64,000 nt of DNA, taken from positions 1,131,096 through 1,195,095 of the forward strand of contig OY969801.1 in NCBI GenBank assembly GCA_963703225.1, in the 5' to 3' direction. Numbering within the stretch: the first letter of the stretch is position 1; each line of letters begins with the position of its first letter. The notes beneath the pieces are model-generated. The model did no database searches and was not told the origin of the DNA. It saw only the letters and a program-made list of their open reading frames with translations. Shown here in pieces: positions 59,901-64,000 of the stretch. Origin of the DNA: Candidatus Eiseniibacteriota bacterium (GTDB lineage: Bacteria; Eisenbacteria; RBG-16-71-46; SZUA-252). Both the position numbers and the translations under genes were made by a program.

Positions 59901-60380
59901 ACCGACCGAAACAAGCGACCCATGGCCTTCGTCACGCTCGAGGATCTCAAGGGGACCGTCGAGACCACGATCTTCGCCGATCTCTACGAGCGGTGCCGGC
60001 CGATGCTCCAGCCCGGCTCGATCGTCGAGGTGCGCGGAAAGGTCAATCAGCGAGAGGATGCCGATCCGAAGATGCTGCTGAGCGCGGTCAAGGGGCTGGG
60101 TGGCCCGGAGTCGGGCGCGCCGCGCGCGGTCCACATCGACCTCGCCGCTTCGGGCGGGCCGGTATCGCTGGAGGAGATCCGGGAGCTCTTGGTTCGTCAC
60201 CCCGGCGAAAGCCCCGTATACTTCACGGTCGGAAGCGCGGACGGTCCCGGCACGACCCAGATCCTCGCGAAGCGGATTCTCGTGAGGCCGAGCGACGATC
60301 TCCTGCGCGCGCTGCGCGATCGGCTGGGCGAGCGCGCCGTCCGGGTCGCCAACGGCCACGCGGAACCGGTGCCTTTCTGA
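56922..60380 (+). CDS. dnaE: DNA polymerase III alpha subunit
   Basis: 1152 aa. PHP domain MSAPFVHLHNHSDYSLLDGA, polymerase core, and an OB-fold C-terminus. Confidence 0.97.
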   Translation: MSAPFVHLHNHSDYSLLDGACRIDRLVDRAARYGMTAVGLTDHGNLFGAVEFHDAARAAGLKPLVGCEVYVAHGSRTDRPRTPDGKGAYDHLVLIARNREGYRNLSKLSSAGYLEGFHYKPRIDKELLALHAGGLLCLSACLRGEVPQRVVEGDLEGARRAAGWYRDLFGADHYFLEIQDHGIPDEKVAARGLLQLGREMGIPVVATNDCHYIAREDAEAHEVLLCIQTGKTMLDPDRFRFATDQLYLKSPEEMATLFAEAPETLRNTLTVAERCELTLDSERVQLPSFPIPPEFESEEAYLRRLAGEGLERRYSEITPEMLERLRYELDTICQVGYARYFLIVRDFTDYARQNAVGVGPGRGSAAGSLVSYCLGITDIDPLRFELLFERFLNPERISMPDIDIDFAYESRQKVIDYVIGKYGRESVSQIITFGTMAARAVVRDVGRALGMSYAECDQVAKMIPGDLGMTLPRALEIVPELRALAQRDERYARLIRCSLALEGLARHASTHAAGVLIAPGQLTDYVPMYRSPKGDITTQFDMKSLERVGLLKMDFLGLRTLTVLDDAVRIVRESTGQAIDLGALALDDGPTYALLQKAQTVGIFQLESGGMRDLLRKVLPDTFEDIIAINALFRPGPIQSGMIDDFAKRKHGKQRVTYMHPSLESILKKTYGVIVYQDQVMLIANRLAGFTLAQADLLRRAMGKKMPEEMASQKSAFVEGCAQNRVPSRKSEEIFDLMEKFAGYGFVRSHSAAYAMLSYHSAYLKAHVPAAFLAASLTSEVGDTDRIVTLVDEARRLGIPVLPPDVNASVAGFTLEGQAIRFGLSAIKNVGQGSVEALVRARTEGGAFRTLGDLIRRVETAAINRRVLESLIQAGACDGLEGDRAQLLEAVGDLLTQAQDRARGVNRSQESLFGSDQEVMAQDPPLPRTPSWPLEERLRRERDVLGFYFSDHPLGAYRAQIAARATADTARLRELKDGAEVTLICLVAGVKSHTDRNKRPMAFVTLEDLKGTVETTIFADLYERCRPMLQPGSIVEVRGKVNQREDADPKMLLSAVKGLGGPESGAPRAVHIDLAASGGPVSLEEIRELLVRHPGESPVYFTVGSADGPGTTQILAKRILVRPSDDLLRALRDRLGERAVRVANGHAEPVPF

Positions 60381-60393
60381 ACTCGGAGCCATC

Positions 60394-61383
60394 GTGAACG
60401 GAACCTGGCTGGACTTTGAGAAGCCGATCCTGGATATCGAGCGGCGGATCGAGAATTTGAAGGGCCTCGCCGCCGGGGATAATCCGGACGCGGCCAAGGA
60501 GCTGGAGCAGCTCGAGCGGAAAGCCGAGCGGCTGCGCCGCGAGATCTACTCGAAGCTCACCCGCTGGCAGCGGGTCAAGCTCGCGCGCCATCCGCGGCGG
60601 CCCTACACGCTCGACTACCTCAAGTACATCGCCCCGAATTTCATGGAGCTTCACGGCGATCGGCGCTTTGGGGACGACCCCGCGATGGTCGCTGGGCTCG
60701 CCGTGCTGGACGATCTGCCGGTCGTGATCATCGGACATCAGAAGGGAAGGGACACCAAGGAGAACATCTACCGGAATTTCGGGATGGCCCACCCCGAGGG
60801 GTACCGGAAAGCGCTCCGTCTCATGCGCCTCGCGGCGAATTTCGGATGCCCGATCGTGACCCTGGTCGACACTCCGGGCGCGTACCCCGGGTTGGGCGCC
60901 GAGGAGCGGGGGCAGTCGGAAGCGCTGGCGCGGAACATTCTCGAGATGGCGCACCTCGCCGTGCCGATCGTGACGGTGGTGATCGGCGAAGGAGGGTCGG
61001 GCGGCGCCCTGGCGATCGCGGTCGGGGACGTCGTGATGATGCTCGAGAATTCGATCTACTCCGTGATCACGCCGGAGGGATGCGCGGCAATCTTCTGGAA
61101 GGACTCGTCGAAGGCCGAGCAGGCGGCCGAGGCGCTCAAGCTCACCGCGCCCGATCTCCTCGAGCTGCAGGTGATCGACGAGGTGATCCCGGAGCCGGTC
61201 GGTGGCGCCCACCGCGACCCCGAGGAGACGGCCCGCCGGGTGAAGGACGCGATCCTGCGCCACGTGCGCGGCCTGATGGGGCTACCGGCGCAGGAGCTTC
61301 TTGACCGGAGGCTGGAGAAGTATTTGAAGATGGGGGTGTATCTGGAGGAGACCGCCGCGGCCGCCTCAGGCCCGCCGGCCTAG
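60394..61383 (+). CDS. accA: Acetyl-CoA carboxylase carboxyltransferase alpha subunit
   Basis: ...RLARHPRRPYTLDY..., LVDTPGAYPG, and VIGEGGSGGALAIAVGD are canonical AccA motifs. GTG start. Confidence 0.93.
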   Translation: MNGTWLDFEKPILDIERRIENLKGLAAGDNPDAAKELEQLERKAERLRREIYSKLTRWQRVKLARHPRRPYTLDYLKYIAPNFMELHGDRRFGDDPAMVAGLAVLDDLPVVIIGHQKGRDTKENIYRNFGMAHPEGYRKALRLMRLAANFGCPIVTLVDTPGAYPGLGAEERGQSEALARNILEMAHLAVPIVTVVIGEGGSGGALAIAVGDVVMMLENSIYSVITPEGCAAIFWKDSSKAEQAAEALKLTAPDLLELQVIDEVIPEPVGGAHRDPEETARRVKDAILRHVRGLMGLPAQELLDRRLEKYLKMGVYLEETAAAASGPPA

Positions 61384-61390
61384 GAGGCCT

Positions 61391-61567
61391 ATGCCGATCG
61401 ACGACGAACTGCTCTCGATGCTTGCATGTCCCCAGTGTAAGAAAGAACTCACGTACGACCGGGCCGCCGAAAAACTCATCTGCGAGGCCTGCGGACTCCG
61501 CTATCCGATCGTCGACGATGTTCCGGACATGCTGGTGGAGAACGCGGAGCGGTTCGAGCCGCGTTGA
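61391..61567 (+). CDS. Trm112-family small zinc-ribbon-like protein (DUF343)
   Basis: 58 aa, below the track's 60-aa cutoff. MPIDDELLSMLACPQCKKELTYDRAAEKLICEACGLRYPIVDDVPDMLVENAE matches the Trm112/YcaR pattern (LACP.CK...L.C..C...YPI.DGIP.ML). AGGAGG lies 3 nt upstream of the ATG. Confidence 0.7.
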   Translation: MPIDDELLSMLACPQCKKELTYDRAAEKLICEACGLRYPIVDDVPDMLVENAERFEPR

Positions 61568-64000
61568 TCCGCGTCTTACCCCGGACACTCACGGTCGCGA
61601 TCCTCATCGCCGCGACCGGGACCCAGGCTCCAGCCGCGACCCAGGCTCCAGCCGCGTCCGAAGCGCCGGCCCCCGTCGTGGAGTCGGTCACGCCGACCGG
61701 CTACCGCGTGAGGGTCCCGATCGGTGATCCGGTCGTCACGCGGGGCACCCTCGTCGGATTCGACCTGGCCGAAATCGGTTTACCCGGCGCCGATGTCGAA
61801 TCCGCGCCGGGCGCTCCACCCCTGCCTGTCCGCACGCTCTTTCTTCGGGTCCCCTGGGACGTCGAGGCGAGTGTCTCGGGTTCTCCAGGGCCGATCCGCT
61901 CCCTCGGCAACCTGCGCCCCGTGCCGTTCGCCTATCTCCTCTCGGACCCCTCTCCGCGCCAATACGTCAACGCCGCGACGATCGCCGCCGCGCTCTCCGG
62001 TCCCGCCTACGTGGGAGGGGCAGGGGCGCGCGCCGGATCCCCGATCCTCGCGGTTCGCGACATCACCGCGGGCGGGGCGCGGCTCCTCGCGGTGACGCTC
62101 CGACCCGTGGCCTGGAGCCCAAGCAACGGCGAGGCGACCACGATTGGAGAGTTCGTGCTGACCGTCCGCTGGGACCGTCCGGTCGAGGCGATGGGTGCGA
62201 TACCGGTGGGTGGCACCCGGGAGCGACTGGGACTCGCGCCGTCGAGCGCGATCGGGCCGCGGTTCGCCGCCCGCTCCACCCTGGGGCGGCCCGCCGCGCT
62301 GGCGGCGCTCCGCGCGCGCACGCGCGGCCTGGCCGCGGTCGGCCCTGGGCGCGTGGGGCCAACCCGCCCGTGGGTCCAGGTCGGCATCCTCCGCCCTGGG
62401 CTCTACCAGGTAAGCCCGGCCGATCTGGCCGCGGCTGGAGTCTCGATCGGCGCGATCGATCCGGCGACGTTCCGGCTCTTTCGCGCCACCCCGGGAGACA
62501 TACCCGAGAGCGTCGATGTCGATCTCGGCCCGGACTCGCTCCGCGAATGCGCCATCGAGGTGACCGGCGCCGTGGACGGCGTGTTCGATCCGAACGATCG
62601 GATCTATTTCTACGGGACCGCTGCCACCGGCTTTGGGTACGACCTCAAGGCGGGCGGGGGAACGGAATACCTGGAGGCGCAGCAGAGCGATCTGGAGACG
62701 CTCTGGCTGACGTGGGGCGCGGGCGCGTCGCCGACGTCTCCGCGGCGAATCGCGTCTCGAAACGCGGCTCCGGTCACGCCGGGGGCGACGGTCTACTCCA
62801 GGGTGACCCATCGGGTCCACTTCGAGAACAACCGGATCCCGCAATTCAGCCTCTACCGCCCGCCTCTTCGGTGGGAGCGCTGGTTTGACCGTCTCTTCTC
62901 GCAGGGTTCGCGCGTGCCGTTCATCCTTCAGCTGCCGGGCGCCGACCCTGGGGGGGCCGGTGAGTTCCGCGTGCGGATGTGGGGGCAGGGGAACTCGATC
63001 GGGTCCGGCGTCGCCGACCACGTCGCCCGGATCTACTGGCATCGCGTCCTGGCCGACACCGCCGGCTGGGATCTGAGCGAGCCCCGGGATCTCGTCCGCG
63101 CCGGGCTGACCATCGGATCGCGGGACACGCTCGAGATCGAGGTGCCCTACCTGATCGATCCGCTCTTTCCCCCTCCGGACTTCCCTCCGCGCGAGGATAA
63201 GTCGTATCTGGCCTGGTTCGAAATTGCCTACCCGCGACGCCTCCTGGCGATCAACGACACGCTCCAGTTCGCGGCCCCCGACTCCTTCGCCGGGCCGGTT
63301 CACTACACCATCACGTCGGTGGGGGATACCGCCTCCGCCTGGCTCCTCGACCGCACCGATCCGGAGAGCCCGATCCAGCTCGCTTCGGGCTCCTGGACCG
63401 GCTCGGCCCCGAACTTCACGCTCACCGTGGAGGACAGCATCGGCCCCGGCCGCCGCCCGCGCTACTCGCTCGTCTCTCTGGCGCGAGCCGTGCGGCCTCC
63501 GGTGATCTCGATCTACGCACCGGCGACCAGCCCGCACGCGGTCTCGGATCTTCTCGACTCGGGGAATGGCGCCGACTACCTCATCATCACGCCGTCGGCG
63601 TTTCTGGCCGCGGCGGAGACCCTCGCGGTCTATCGCTCGCAGCGGCTCCCGGAGTTCGCATCGCCGCGGGTGAGGATCGCGACCACCGACCGGGTGTTCG
63701 CCCAGTTCGGGTCCGGGCGGCCGACCCCCACCGCGATCCGGAATCTACTGGCCTACGCGTCCCGCTACTGGGTGGGGCCGGCCCCCACCTATGTCTGCCT
63801 TCTCGGGGACGCGACCTTCGACTCCAAGAACTACTTTGGGACCGGCGTCCAGGACCTGGTCCCCACCTATTCGAACTACTACGACCCATCGACGCTGAGC
63901 CAGTTCACCTCGGACGACTTCTACTCGTTCCTCGACGGCCCCGCGCGACATTCTCGCCGACGTCGTGGTGGGACGGCTTCCGGCGGGCAACGTGCCCGAG
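61564..64000 (+). CDS. Secreted peptidase C25 (gingipain-like) family protein, 3'-truncated at window edge; one frameshift near 63950
   Basis: The TTG at 61564 overlaps the Trm112 stop (TTGA). Signal peptide M/LIRVLPRTLTVAILIAATGTQAPAATQAPAA. About 800 aa of coherent sequence ends in C25 catalytic-domain signatures: ADYLIITPSAFLAAAETLAVYRSQ..., YVCLLGDATFDSKNYFG...VPTYSNYYD...TSDDFYSFLDGP. The continuation ...DILADVVVGRLPAGNVPE appears only after a 1-nt frame change. Confidence 0.65.
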   Translation, partial: MIRVLPRTLTVAILIAATGTQAPAATQAPAASEAPAPVVESVTPTGYRVRVPIGDPVVTRGTLVGFDLAEIGLPGADVESAPGAPPLPVRTLFLRVPWDVEASVSGSPGPIRSLGNLRPVPFAYLLSDPSPRQYVNAATIAAALSGPAYVGGAGARAGSPILAVRDITAGGARLLAVTLRPVAWSPSNGEATTIGEFVLTVRWDRPVEAMGAIPVGGTRERLGLAPSSAIGPRFAARSTLGRPAALAALRARTRGLAAVGPGRVGPTRPWVQVGILRPGLYQVSPADLAAAGVSIGAIDPATFRLFRATPGDIPESVDVDLGPDSLRECAIEVTGAVDGVFDPNDRIYFYGTAATGFGYDLKAGGGTEYLEAQQSDLETLWLTWGAGASPTSPRRIASRNAAPVTPGATVYSRVTHRVHFENNRIPQFSLYRPPLRWERWFDRLFSQGSRVPFILQLPGADPGGAGEFRVRMWGQGNSIGSGVADHVARIYWHRVLADTAGWDLSEPRDLVRAGLTIGSRDTLEIEVPYLIDPLFPPPDFPPREDKSYLAWFEIAYPRRLLAINDTLQFAAPDSFAGPVHYTITSVGDTASAWLLDRTDPESPIQLASGSWTGSAPNFTLTVEDSIGPGRRPRYSLVSLARAVRPPVISIYAPATSPHAVSDLLDSGNGADYLIITPSAFLAAAETLAVYRSQRLPEFASPRVRIATTDRVFAQFGSGRPTPTAIRNLLAYASRYWVGPAPTYVCLLGDATFDSKNYFGTGVQDLVPTYSNYYDPSTLSQFTSDDFYSFLDGPARHSRRRRGGTASGGQRAR

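Noticed and set aside
55150-60497. Minus ORFs 55150..56160 and 56898..60497 (1199 aa)
   Set aside because: Antisense to PBP1A and to dnaE respectively. The dnaE call is unambiguous. The antisense product is Arg/Asp/Glu/Gly-rich nonsense.
61595-61650. Direct 18-nt repeat gacccaggctccagccgcg x2
   Set aside because: It simply encodes a duplicated TQAPAA hexapeptide in the signal-peptide or linker region of the C25 protein. Not a CRISPR or regulatory repeat.
61780-63537. 585-aa minus ORF
   Set aside because: Antisense to the C25 peptidase reading frame, which yields about 800 aa of coherent secreted-protein sequence on the plus strand.

Overview
This 64 kb window is very GC-rich (about 68-70%) and gene-dense. 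High GC produces many long spurious antisense ORFs, mostly Arg/Gly/Pro-rich, so I called genes only where the translated protein showed a recognisable family signature. The ORF track translates alternative start codons (GTG, TTG) as M, and several real starts are GTG or TTG. Coordinates I derived by hand (starts, terminators, frameshift positions) are approximate to a few nt.

Supported content, in order:
- A 3'-truncated M16 zinc peptidase, a secreted DmfA2-like protein, an ATP-grasp Ddl-like ligase, and cspA.
- A methyltransferase, two alpha/beta hydrolases, an SDR oxidoreductase, glpD-glpK with overlapping genes, and an HtrA-like protease.
- An RND efflux operon in the order tolC-like OMP, membrane fusion protein, RND permease, with overlapping stop and start codons.
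- An orphan cytochrome oxidase subunit III-like gene whose 3' end is overlapped by a lipoprotein ORF, then a HExxH zincin-like protein, a flavoprotein, a TPR membrane protein and glutamate dehydrogenase.
- A tyrosine/homogentisate catabolic cluster (hppD, FAH-family hydrolase, hmgA, flavin reductase) with a convergent aromatic/aspartate-type aminotransferase.
- Two tandem paralogous small secreted Cys-motif genes, each interrupted by a frameshift, then cstA, a lipoprotein, Fe/Mn superoxide dismutase with a clear terminator, a GreA-domain protein with a long N-terminal extension, an EamA transporter and a class III aminotransferase.
- A large repetitive secreted protein with cadherin-like repeats, a PKD domain and a T9SS-type C-terminal sorting domain; its N-terminal region is riddled with frameshifts.
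- A cN-II-type 5'-nucleotidase, a GlmU-like hexapeptide transferase, a frameshifted rhomboid protease, and heavily frameshifted korA/korB (2-oxoacid:ferredoxin oxidoreductase).
- nadA, a 2x[4Fe-4S] ferredoxin, a zf-HC2 anti-sigma factor with a Pro-rich linker, PBP1A, pyrE, dnaE, accA, a Trm112-like mini-ORF, and a 3'-truncated C25 (gingipain-like) peptidase.

I found no rRNA, tRNA, CRISPR array or mobile element.

The most striking pattern is that apparent frameshifts cluster in a few regions (31.5-32.4 kb, 41.4-41.9 kb, 46.6-50.3 kb, and about 63.95 kb), while the long genes I read through elsewhere (dnaE, RND permease, PBP1A, M16) show no frameshift. This points to either locally poor assembly or consensus, or genuine decay of an accessory/energy-metabolism segment.

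The T9SS-type cargo (a CTD adhesin plus a C25 peptidase) in a high-GC genome suggests an FCB-group lineage such as Gemmatimonadota; that assignment is inference only. I could not recognise a defence or otherwise novel multi-gene system. The tandem frameshifted small secreted paralogs and the cox3-lipoprotein overlap are the least explained loci.
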